Assembly: GCA_012295275.1 (NCBI GenBank)
Contig: CM022665.1
Location: forward strand, 7,254,001-7,318,000
Direction: 5' to 3'
DNA: 64,000 nt
Source of the DNA: Chrysomallon squamiferum
Lineage: Eukaryota > Animalia > Mollusca
Made by a program: the position numbers and the translations under genes. Shown here piece by piece: positions 17,631 to 29,043 of this stretch. Below the pieces are notes generated by a model. The model was not told the origin of the DNA and ran no database searches. It saw only the letters and a list, made by a program, of their open reading frames with translations. Numbering within the stretch: position 1 is the first letter of the stretch; every line of letters starts with the position of its first letter.

Positions 17631-19134
17631 CGTGTCAACTTGCAAGTCCATATAAGCTAGTTTTATAACTTAAACTGCAAGTGTGAATGTCAGAACAGCG
17701 AACATTTTTCTTTTAAGTTGTACATAGAATATTATTTGTGGCTCAGAGTAGATTATTATCACCTGTAATTTGTGTTACTTTCTATCACTGTGACTTAGAT
17801 ACAAATATTTCATTGGAAAAGGATTATCAGATACTATAATTTTACTGATAAGTTTCTTAAAAATAATATCTGTCTGATAGGATTAAGTAAAAAAAATAAC
17901 ATAGTTTTCTGCTGTTGGTATTACCTCTGCGTAAACAGTGCTAATGTCTGTAACTACTTAAATATAACTCTATATTCTGTGAAATCAGTGCTAGTGTTTA
18001 GGTGTTTTGTCTCTATATTGGTGCATTAGTAAACATGTTAATTTTAGTTGCTCTTGATATATTAATTAACTGTTAAAAATTTAAAAATTTGTTTGGTATT
18101 ACAGATTACCAGTGCCATGATGAAATTCTTCTTTAGAATGCTGTGAAATTATTAACTTTCTTCATTCTAGATAAAAATCTATTTTATATCCTAGTTTACT
18201 TTTTGGTCATTTGGATATTTATCTAGAAAAATATTTCTCTGTTCAGAAACTTTTTTTGTGAATCATATTCATGCACTACAAAAACATTTGAAGCTATGAT
18301 TACAAGATATACTTAGCTCTCCACATTAAAACAGTATGTACACATATAATATGTATATTTTTTAAATATTAATGATATAGCATTTTTGTTTGATACAAAC
18401 CACAAATCATTAAAAAATTATTTTAAATGCAAAAACATAGCAAATGATTCATTATGTGTATGAATATATAATTGAAACTAACATTTTTTTTTGTTTAATT
18501 AATAGATCATTTTTTAAGTAATTAAATGTAATTTTAAGTATTCACAATACACAACAAAATAAAAAATGATGTCATAGAAAATTTGTTTCATATTTTAAAA
18601 TGATGCCAAATAATCTTTTTCTTGCATAATATAAACTTTTATTTTGGAGTTGAGGAAAGGTAGCACTATATATGGTACTGCACTAACTTTCCAAGTTCAT
18701 ATCAGCTCACTTTGTATTTCAGACCAGTTCTTGTGAAACTTTTGACATAAATGTTTTTTCTGTTTTTCTTGGTTTGTTTTATTTTTGCTTTAAGCTAGTC
18801 AGTTTCCCAGGGTCATGTGGGTTTCCTGTGTCAAATTTTGACATAAAACATAACACATTTGATTCCTTTGGTTTCTGAATATAAAAATATTGAGTATACT
18901 AAGGTCTAATTATGTGTAAATATATATCTTCTTTTTATCAAATCAAAATATGTCATATAGTCTACTTAGAATGAATTACTGGTTTAACTAACTGAATCTG
19001 TGATTTCAGTAACCACAAAGAAATTATTGAAATAATTACTTGACTTTCACTGCCAGTGTCTGTCATACATTCTAGAATCAGCATCATGTAATAAACCTTA
19101 CTATAAATATTTAAATAATCTAATTCAGTTGGAT

Positions 19135-19245
19135 CATGTATTGGTGGTTAAGTGTGCTTGAATGAAATATGATTGTCCACTGGGCTATTTCTTGTCCCAG
19201 CCAGTACCTCACAAATATCAAAGACTGTGGTATGTGCTGCCATCT
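19135..19245 (+). mobile_element. Degenerate SINE-like relic
   Basis: ggtggttaagtgtgcttga (tRNA A-box-like), then cactgggctatttcttgtcccagccagt..aaagactgtggtatgtgct. The 13-mer cactgggctattt recurs near 56801, and blocks of the same recalled gastropod SINE type appear near 55355-55475 and inverted near 11275-11390. Confidence 0.45.
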
Positions 19246-22200
19246 TTTGGTGGCAATAGAAGTTACCTCACGTAGTCTAAAAAGATAGTCTTTTATTAAT
19301 GATGATTTCTGTGGGAATGTGTATGTTACTGATAACAGATTTGTGATGATATGGAGTGGTGGGAACAAGTTTCTTATGTATCATAATCCAAAGAACAAAA
19401 AGTAAATATTTATCAGTTCATTCTACAATGCCATTCCTTGCACTGTGAAATGGAATCCCTTGTTTAAACCAAAATTAATCTCTTCAGTTGTTATTTTCAT
19501 GAAAAGAAAACACTCTTTTCCAAACTTTATTTCTTCAACTGATAGCATCAAAACCGTAACAGTTACCTATAACACAAGTTTTACCAATTCGAATTTAAAA
19601 ACAAAAATATTTACTTTGTCAACTGCAAATCAAACCAACATGTTTGAAAGCAGAAAAGCTGTTTATAATCATTATTTTGATGCATTGAGCAGAATCTATT
19701 CCTGTTATAACCTACAACATGCAAGAATATCTATATTTACAAAAACAACAGCAACAACAAAACCAATCAATTTAAAATTTTAATATTAAGCATGTCTACA
19801 GTAAAGCAATATTTTTGTTTCTTTTTTAGATTATATTTTAGAATGCAGTGCATGCATGTAATTTGAACAGATTTTAAAAACGTACAGAGGAAATTGAGCT
19901 TTTTTCATAGTGTGCACAAATGTCTAACAACTAAAAAGCATTTTTTTTATGTTTGTAATAAGTAACAAATATATCAAATGTCAAATTTAACAAGCAGGTA
20001 TGGATGTTTAATATGGTTAGGTTACAATTCAGACTTAAATATCAGATACATATCAATTTTTGCAGTCTAAGACCAATTCATTACATGGATTTTTTGAGGG
20101 TAGCTAGGAAAAATGAAATACTGAAAGGACTAAAATAACATATATATATAGATCACTTGGAACACCTTTACTGCATTTGGCTGAAAACAGTGCGAAAATG
20201 ACATTCATATCAACAATAAATCTGGGGTTCCTATTTTCATTTTTTCCACATAACTGTCACTGCTGTTTCACTGATAATAACTGCACTGTACCAATGCTTT
20301 TTAAAAAAATAATTACTGCCTCAACTTTAAGACAAAGTTTTGTCTACTGGCAACAGTCAGGGCAGCTGCATGTGCTCCATAATTTAAGATATTTTATCAA
20401 CTGGTAAAAATAATATATTATTCAAATGTTACAGAAAGTCAGCTGTATCTCAAACTTTAAAAAAGAAAACATGTCCACAAAAAATAAATATTTACCAACT
20501 AAAATGTATTGCATGCTTTTACCAAAAAAATAAAAAAATATATATATAAAATATATATTGTTACATTTCATTCCATCAAGTAATTATTTCAAATTATTAA
20601 GCAATCCATTATGTTTATTATTTATATTTATTGTATATTCTTTAGAAAACACTCCATGAAGGAAAACATAAAATATTACTTCTTTTAACATAACATTCAA
20701 GAATCAAATCAGAAAAACAACAAACAACGGCACATTCTCTAATAACACAAAGATGAAACAAAGAAGGTTGTATTATTGCATATGATGCAACAATAAATTA
20801 TACCTCAACTTGCAACATTGTTTTTATAACTAAACTAATTAATAATAAAATAAGTAAAACCTAATGTAGTAATATTTTAATGAACTTGAACATTCATGAT
20901 ATTTAATTATGAAGCTGACAATCTGATTTAAATTACAGTGTATCCTAAAAATTATTTGTATTCAACATATGAATGAGAGCTGTCATTTGTACAAATCCAA
21001 AAGAAGTGGGTTGGAATGTCTGAATCTTTCTCTTCACTAATTAATTTTTTAAAAAGTGTAAATTTTTATTATTCAGAATTAAATCTTTTGTGATCCTTTT
21101 TGTGAAATATTTTACAAATATATAAGCATTTCAGAAATTCCTATTCATTTCTCTTTTGACATTAATACGAATACAGGAAAATAATAGGTACATTACATGT
21201 TTTTATTTTCCAACATTCTTACTGAATTGTTTTATGTTTAAATTCAAAATAAAAATAAATGTAAAAACCAACATCATTATTATGAAACAATTTTTTAAAT
21301 AATAATTTGAAATGTAAGGAGATACTATTAAATAAAAAAGGGGAAAAAAAAAAAAAAAGGAAAGTAAAAATAAAAATCCCAATAATTTCACTGAATATGT
21401 ATTAAAATAACTGAGATGGAAAAAAATTGACAGATGGTACAATAACATTGCATTTCTCAAAAAAAAAGAAAAGGAAAAAAAGAAAAAGTAAATAATAAAC
21501 AAAAAAACAGTTTTTAAAAGTGACTACGTTTCACAATACAAAAATGTAAGACCATAAAGCAAACATATAAATTGTAATAAAGCTGTAAAATAATCATCTT
21601 ACAAACATGAACTTGAATCAAACTTAACAAGAAACAAGTGTATATGCAAAAGCAGGTACTAATGCAACCTTTGTGGTTTTTACATTTCTTGGTTAACGAG
21701 GTTAAATAAATCATACTACATAAAAAGTTATTACGTGATTATAGTTCTGTAATGTGATTTGTTTTTTCTTGTTTCTTTCTAAACTGATTATGCACATTAA
21801 TTAAAATATTTTTTCACTAATACCACATTGAAATTATTACAAAGCTGCACCAAGTCTGATCTGAATATTTACATTAAACAAAACCCAGTTTCCATCACTT
21901 AACTTAAAATAAAAGTCATCTTTAATATAAAACAATACACATGTACATGATGAAGACAATTTGTCTTACAAATGGTTCCCCATTCATATAAAGAGGAAAA
22001 GTAAAGAACACCGCCTCCTAACAGTATTTTTCTAACAATCCCAAAAACCCAGCAAACATAAAATGGACTTTTTTTTTTTTTTTCAGGTGTAAACAATATG
22101 CTGTCACCATTCATGAATTAGTGCAGTGCTAGAATTTCTAACCGCAAATTCTTCTGGGAAAGTAATAGAAGGAAAAAAAAGAAGAAGAAAAAAAAAATGA

Positions 22201-24171
22201 AAATAATAATAATGATATAATATGATGAAATAAAATATTTCAATAATTATTCCATTAATTTTGGAGTTAATTTAATGGACCAAAAACATGAACAATAAAG
22301 TAAATTTTCATTAAAATACAAATGATAAATGGTGTCACAAAATGTCCTTAGGACATTTAAAGTGGTTTTAGATTTTAACTGACCGTTTGTAAAAACAAAC
22401 TGAAAAAAACAAAAAAACCCTCCCCCTGCAAAAAAATAAAATAAAGGAAATTAAAATTATTAAAAAATAATTATTGTAGTTTTGCATTTCAATACAGCTG
22501 CTTCTACTACAAATTTCAATTTAATAACTTTTTTTTATACTTATGGCTCATCCAATTTTACAGACTGAAAAGCTGTTATGAATAGTAAAAATGTGCAAAT
22601 CTTTATCGTAAGTCCATATATAGCACTCAAGTTATCACCACCAAACTCTTTTTAAATCAATAATACACGTGGTTTTAGTGTTTAACCATATATTACAAAA
22701 AATGTTTTCACAGGTGTGGGTAATAAAATGTTTTAATGACTGAAAAACCTTTTCAAAAGTAAATAATTGTGAAAATATTTATTTTTAAACAAAATTATGC
22801 TTAACTTATGCTGTGATGATAAATCCTAAAAACAAAAAAATGAGTAATTACTTTACATGTATGTAAAAAAATATCCCACAATCAAACACTATGGATTTCA
22901 CAATGTTCTGACTAGCTATGACCTCCCTTGGAGGTGTATATTCAATAGCAGTAACAAGTATGTACAAAATTTAAAACCTGAGAATAGATGAAAATTTTAG
23001 ATAAATTTAATTTTTTCTTAATCAACAAAAAATAATACTTCTTTGTATTTTATTTATATTTTTTAATTTGTTTTTGTTAGTTGAAAAATATTGCATTACC
23101 ATCAACCTAAAAATATAATAATGGAGAAATAACTGATTAATGCCATCAGTTTTGTTTTCAAAATATACACAAGTGCTTATTGAAAACAATCAATAAGCTG
23201 ATGCACAAACTTCACTGTTCTGTGAATTATTTAAAATGTGGATGGAATTCTCAGAAATATAACAAACATTAATCCATTTAATAATGTTACACATGTACCA
23301 TAATAAATCAAACCAGATTTAAGAATTTGTTTATTTTAGTTTTTAACATTTTGTAATGCTTTGTAATTTATTTTATATTTGAGTCATTACTAAATTTTAA
23401 CAACAATATTAATTAAATAAAAAGGAAAACTTCCAGTTTAGCTGTTTTTAACCAACAAAGTTTGAAAAATGTAATTATTATGTTTTTCTTCTTTTTTCAT
23501 ATTAATTATTTAAATGTAACTAGCATAATTCATGTTTTATGCATTAATATGGTTTATATTAATTTCTGTTATTTGTGAATATAGCAATATCAATTCACAG
23601 CATATTGCATGAATCTGTAACTGAAAAGCTATGTAATTATGCTGACACATCTACATAATTATATGTAGCATACATATGTACATGTATATCTGTTTACAAC
23701 CACATACTAAAGAAGGTTAACAGCACTAAAAGTGTTGATTATTTTTATATTAAAATATTTAACAGATTAAAAAGAAAATTATCTGTTAATCCAATCAAAC
23801 AATATGAATAAGAAAATTAGTAATATGTTTAAATAACAGATTACATTATTATGGCAGAAGGAACTACTGTATATATTATGCCTGTCCAGTACATTATGTA
23901 TGACTATGTGACAGCATATTTGTTACAGAAATCTGTTTAACTTTTTTGGCAGCCAAACAACAGAAAAATAACATCATAACATTCAACTGCTATAAAGTGT
24001 ATAATTTAAACATGGTTTATATAAAAGTGTCTGATAGATGGATTGATAGTCAAGTGGTAATTATCATTAAATGTTTTTCTGATAATGAAACACAAATCTT
24101 ATATGGATTTACATTTCTTTTTTCATTTAATATCCACAGCCCACGACATGTTGAAGCTAGATCTAAGACTT

Positions 24172-25585
24172 TCAATTAATACAGTTCTTCTTTGATGGAG
24201 GAATCAAATGTTCTGGTAATTCTGCTGGAAGATCATGTCCGTCTAGTTTTATCTTTATAAGGTGGTTAGCCAATGCCCACTCTTCTGCATCAAGCATGCC
24301 ATCTTTATCAACATCAGCCAGCTTCCATACTTTACTCAGAACAGAGTTGGGTAACTTCGACTTGACCATTTCACTCTTGGCTGCTGCTCCAGTAATCTTA
24401 CCATTCACTGGATTCAGCTTCTCAAAAGAATCATCATATTCATACTTTTCTTGGGCAACAACCCATTCATGTTCTCCACGACCTTTATCAACCCCTTCAC
24501 CTTTGCCAATGCCAAACGGACTTTCATTGTAACCTTCAAAGGCTCCACCTTTGACTACAGTAATGTCTGAGTTCTCTGCCTCTTCATGTGGAATCATCTG
24601 CATCAGTCTTGCAATGTCATCAGCCAGCATGTGGTCTACTGTCTCTATCAGTTTGGGTTTCATGCTGTGAAACTTTGTAAAGTCGTGATGCTGAAGCTGT
24701 TCTTGCATGCGTTTTAGATTAGGAAAGTCACCTGGTGAGATCTGGTGTTCCATTTGTAGTGCAGTAAAGGTTTCATTCAGTTTGTTAATTAACTCCTTCT
24801 TCCTGTTTTCCTTGCCAAACATTGATGGCATCTCCTTCTTCAAGTGACTAATGATGTATGCATGGACCTACAAAAATAAAATAAAATGATTTTTTGAGTT
24901 TAAATTTAATTTTCTATCAATCTGTAAAACATTCTGTTTCATGGAAAAACACAAATCAAAAGCAAAAATGTGCATACTGAATTAAAACCTGTTGCCATGA
25001 TTGTCTCTTTTTACAAAACATGCTGTAATCAAATGCAGGCATGATCAATTCAATATTTGCAGAAATTCCTAATCTGAAATACTCGAGACCAGAAGTGTTT
25101 CATATTTTGGAATATAAGTTGGTAACCTGAGAATAGGATCTAAGTCTAAATGTGAATTCCATTATAATTTATATAGGGTGTATACAGATAGAAATACAGG
25201 TTTTATTACATAAAAATTTAAACAATTTTGTGCTTTATATAAAGTTTGTATATATATACAAAAATAATCTGAAAAATGTACGATATCACAGGTTCTGCTG
25301 CTCCAAAAATGTTTTGGATTTATGACTATTTTTTTATTTTATTATATATTTTTTTTAATATGAAAAACACCAATTATGGATTTGATAATAATGACAAATT
25401 AAACTTAGGTTTTTCAGTAAGGTGTGAAACTACTGATCACATAACCAACCACACACACTTTTAAAACATTCTATACATGTTAGCAAACTCACATAATATG
25501 TAATACAAATTTGCAGTTATGCATCCAAATATTATTAGGTGTTGTGTATTAATAAGTTTTATACATATACAGAAATTAACATAAA

Positions 25586-25617
<32 letters not shown>

Positions 25618-28590
25618 TGAAATTAAACAATAACAGGAGTTATTTGTATTAAGAAATGAAAAACTAAAAAAGCAGTTTTATTTCCTTCCTTAATTTCTGT
25701 TACCAAAGCAACTGTATTTTTCTTACCACCTAGTTAAATTAAAAATAGCAAAACAGGCATGCTGTTTTTTAGATTGAGGGGTTTGTTTATGACGGTAAAC
25801 ATGGTTTCCATAGTACTGATGATCTGTGAGTCATTCTGGTGTGACAACATCAGTTACAAACATCTCTATGTGCTTGCCAAAAATAACTTGCTGCCAGCTT
25901 ATATTTAGTTTCATAGTGAATCTATACAGTATACTGTTAGGTTAGGGAAAACAAAACTATGTAATGTATTACTGTCAACATACAATTTTATATCCAAAAA
26001 CTTTTTAAAGAAGTTTGTCAGCATTTAACAACAAATATTTCTAAATACTGTTGTGTCTACCAAAGAACATGATTTTTCTTAATTATGAAAAGTATCAGTA
26101 AATAATAATAAAATGCTGACCAGCTAATACATCTATAATAGGGCAAAAATGCCAGGAAAATGTTGCTATCGTATAATCATATGAGATATGTCTTTTAAAA
26201 AGGAATAAATTACATATATAAATTAATTTGTAATCTCAAGTTTCAAGTAATATTTTTTCACAAGTAAAATGTTAGCTGTCCAGAGAGATGTATGGTGAAA
26301 TTAAAGTTCATCAATATTTATGTAGAACTCAAATATTTATCAATTTTGAAGTTTTAAATTTGGTTTCTAAATGAAACTAGACTGAGTAATCTGTTGTCAA
26401 CTTGATTAATTATTTTAGTTCTCACTGACTTTGCCTGGTGGCTTTTTTTTTTTTTTAAATGATTATTATTGTTGTTAGTGTATATCTAAAAATCTATTTT
26501 AAATTACATTCTAAAATATTTGTAAATATATAATCAATATACATAATTCACAAAACTGGCATATTTTATCAGCTAGTCATGTTTGATGTATTCTATTATC
26601 CATTCAAATAAAGATGCATGTCATCCAGAATAAAAAATCTTATAGCTTACTATGTATCAGATGAATCATTGTCACACACACACAAAAATAACTAAATATT
26701 CTGCCATATCAAAAGATCTATGTTTAGCAATTTCTCAGTGAATTATTTCAGTGGGTTTTTCTATTATATAAAAGATCCTTCTGCCCCTTTGTCATTTGTA
26801 CAAGTATGTATGTATATGTATGTGTTTGTATTTCAAATTAGGAATGTTATCTACCCTGGATTTAATTAAAATCACATTATTAAACAGTAATTCCAATCTT
26901 TTTCATTACCCTTTATGCCAACATGAGCACTTAATTAAAAATAATGTCCTTACTGGCAGCATAGAAAAAAACACTTTTATATCACCATCCCAGTTAAGGG
27001 ATGTTCCAGCTTGTTGTAAAACTTGGGGACACAAAAATGCATCTGTAAAAATAATGTTTGGAAGAAGATGCCATTTTTGAATTTGTTCCAGGGCTTTAAT
27101 AACTGCCCAAATTTCTGTAGTGATTATGGATACTGAATCAGGCAAGCTCATGCAAATTTCAGTGTCTCATACAAAATTATAGCACATGCCACAGAATTCC
27201 CATCCCATGATCCATCTGTAAACAGAAATGCAGTCATGGTAACTGTGCAGTGTTTCCATGGAAAGTGGCTGATGGATAGATGCCGCTATACAATCTTTTA
27301 TCAAATCAAGCAAAATCTTTCTTGGTGTGACATAAAGGTGGTATTAAACAAGTGTTAGATGTATCCCACAAATATAATGATGAAAAGGTACTTGATAAAA
27401 ATTTGTTTCAGCACAAATTGAATGTTAGATCTCTTGCTTAGATTAGAATTTTCTTTAGTAATGTCAGCGAATCTATATCATAATGGTGTCAACTATGAGT
27501 TAAAAAAATCCTGAAATAATAAATACATTATAATCAGAGAATTAGAGATAGTGTATCATTTGTATATTAGGTAAGCAGCAATGTTTAAATTCTCATGCCA
27601 TATTGAATATACCTTTTTTTCAGTATTCAACTCAGCATCTTTATTTTAAATTAATAAAATCAAATCAATACAAACCTTGGCTAGACGGGCCCGTTTAATC
27701 AGGTCATTTAACTTTCTGAGAGCAGCATTTCGGGGAAGACTTTGCAAATCTTTGAAAAGATCAGTTTCTTCTAATTCAAAAAGTCTTCTGTTCATATCAA
27801 ATTGTAGTGGCTGATCCCAGAAAGAACCAATATAAACTCTGGCAACTTCTGGTGTATTTAGGACCTTTCCTAATGACCACATCAAAGCTCCATATACTCT
27901 CATCAACTGTTGATGATCTACCATGTCTGCCTTGTTAAGGACAATTCTGATTTTATCATCAAAACCCTTGATTGCATCAATTGCTCTTCGGAACTCGTCA
28001 GAAATGTCAAGTTTATGAGCGTCAAACAACAAGATGATTCTATCAACTCTTTCTGCAAACCATTCCAAAACACCAGCAAAATCGTATCCTCTGTCAACCC
28101 TTTGTTTTTCTCCAGATAAGATCCCAGGTGTGTCAACTATTGTCATACTTCTCAGAACAGAGTTTGCTTGTAGTGAGCATTGGAATCTGTTCAAAAAAGC
28201 ATTACCAAACTTCGATAATGGTCTGAACTGTTTCTTGGTATCAACAACAAGAGCATTTCCTGGTACCATCCCTTCCTGGTCGCCGTACATAACTGCAATA
28301 AACCGATCAGTTGTTGGTTCTGGTCCTATTCTCATCCCCGGAAAATCCTGTTCTAATAAATATCTTATAAACGTTGTTTTACCTGTTGAATACTGCCCTA
28401 TCAATAAAATCATAGGCTTCGCGTCGAAGTCTGGATCATCAAGGGGTGGGGAGTGAAAATCGTGAAATCTATAGTATTCTTCTAGTGGTAGCAGCTTTGA
28501 TTTATAGATTCTTTTCAATCCCTCCACCACATTATTGTACACTTCGGGTTCCTTGTGATGTCGTTCATCGCTTGTTAACCAACGTAACAT
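24172..28590 (-). CDS. EHD1: EH domain-containing ATPase (EHD1/EHD3/Past1/RME-1 family), 536 aa, 2 coding exons
   Basis: Exon 28590-27676 (..RARLAK|gtttgt) and exon 24867-24172 (tag|VHAYIISHLKKEMP..NCIN*). P-loop GQYSTGKT, GPEPTTD, DTPGILSG and NKAD in the dynamin-like G domain; C-terminal EH domain (KLPNSVLSKVWKLADVDKDGMLDAEEWALANHLI). Assignment to a specific vertebrate paralogue is not possible. Confidence 0.96.
25066..25325 (+). mobile_element. Tigger4/Zombi-like non-autonomous DNA transposon relic in the EHD intron
   Basis: cctaatctgaaatactcgagaccagaagtgtttc..attttggaatat..gatctaagtctaaa..aattttgtgc..aaagtttgt..ctccaaaaatgttttggattt follows the Tigger4a/4b consensus blocks as recalled; intact TIRs not evident. 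Confidence 0.55.
26940..27350 (-). mobile_element. LINE relic with RNase H domain (I/Nimb/ingi-type)
   Basis: Minus-strand FLFTDGSWDGNSVACA (27230-27181) and SLPDSVSIITTEIWAVIKALEQI (27151-27083) match the TDGS and S(I/V)FTAE..A...AL motifs of LINE RNase H; frame disrupted. Confidence 0.75.
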
Positions 28591-28664
28591 TGTGATGTAT
28601 TTGCTGATAAAGTTAATACCAAAACCAACTTATATGCCGACTGTCAATTCTCAACCAGAATGAA

Positions 28665-28706
28665 CGGAAATGTGACGTCAGTAGTTCGCGCATGCTCCTA
28701 TAAATA
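28665..28706. promoter_or_regulatory. EHD proximal promoter: ETS-like, CRE, NRF1-like motifs and a + strand TATA
   Basis: CGGAAA 28665-28670, perfect palindromic CRE TGACGTCA 28673-28680, CGCGCATGC 28687-28695, TATAAATA 28699-28706; 75-115 nt upstream of the EHD ATG in a CpG-containing patch. Confidence 0.5.
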
Positions 28707-28996
28707 AGGCGTTGACTGGTATTCTATGTAGGCCATGTGGAACCTGGAGAAAATACTGAAAGTGTAATTATGTTATTGATTTTTAAAGAGGTTGTTGAAA
28801 GATAATAACCTATTATTCAATATAAAATTTGCTTCCTATCCGTTCTTTGTCACCAGCCAAAAAATAAATGATAATAATAACAAAAAAACCTAATAGTTCA
28901 AACACGGAAGTATTACTAATACTAGTAATAGTAGACTAAGTAGTAAGACCATCCCAGGAAGAAGAGAAAGCAAGTCAGAGTTTAAAAATGTTTAAT

Positions 28997-28998
<2 letters not shown>

Positions 28999-29033
<35 letters not shown>
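28999..29033. repeat. (TG)n microsatellite
   Basis: Pure TG run. Confidence 0.9.

Positions 29034-29043
<10 letters not shown>

Noticed and set aside
17631-17660. Second readthrough past the TGA after SKL (RVNLQVHIS*)
   Set aside because: It would mask the PTS1 and carries no recognisable signal.
24160-24190. Readthrough extension or CaaX at the EHD C-terminus; the stops of MRPL14, NEMF and SLC46 were also checked
   Set aside because: EHD TGA-AAG-TCT-TAG gives no signal and NCIN is not a CaaX; the other stops (TAG-CAT-TAA, TAA-TTT, TAA-AGC) show no immediate PTS1.
24296-28456. + strand ORFs overlapping EHD exons
   Set aside because: Antisense shadows of real coding sequence.
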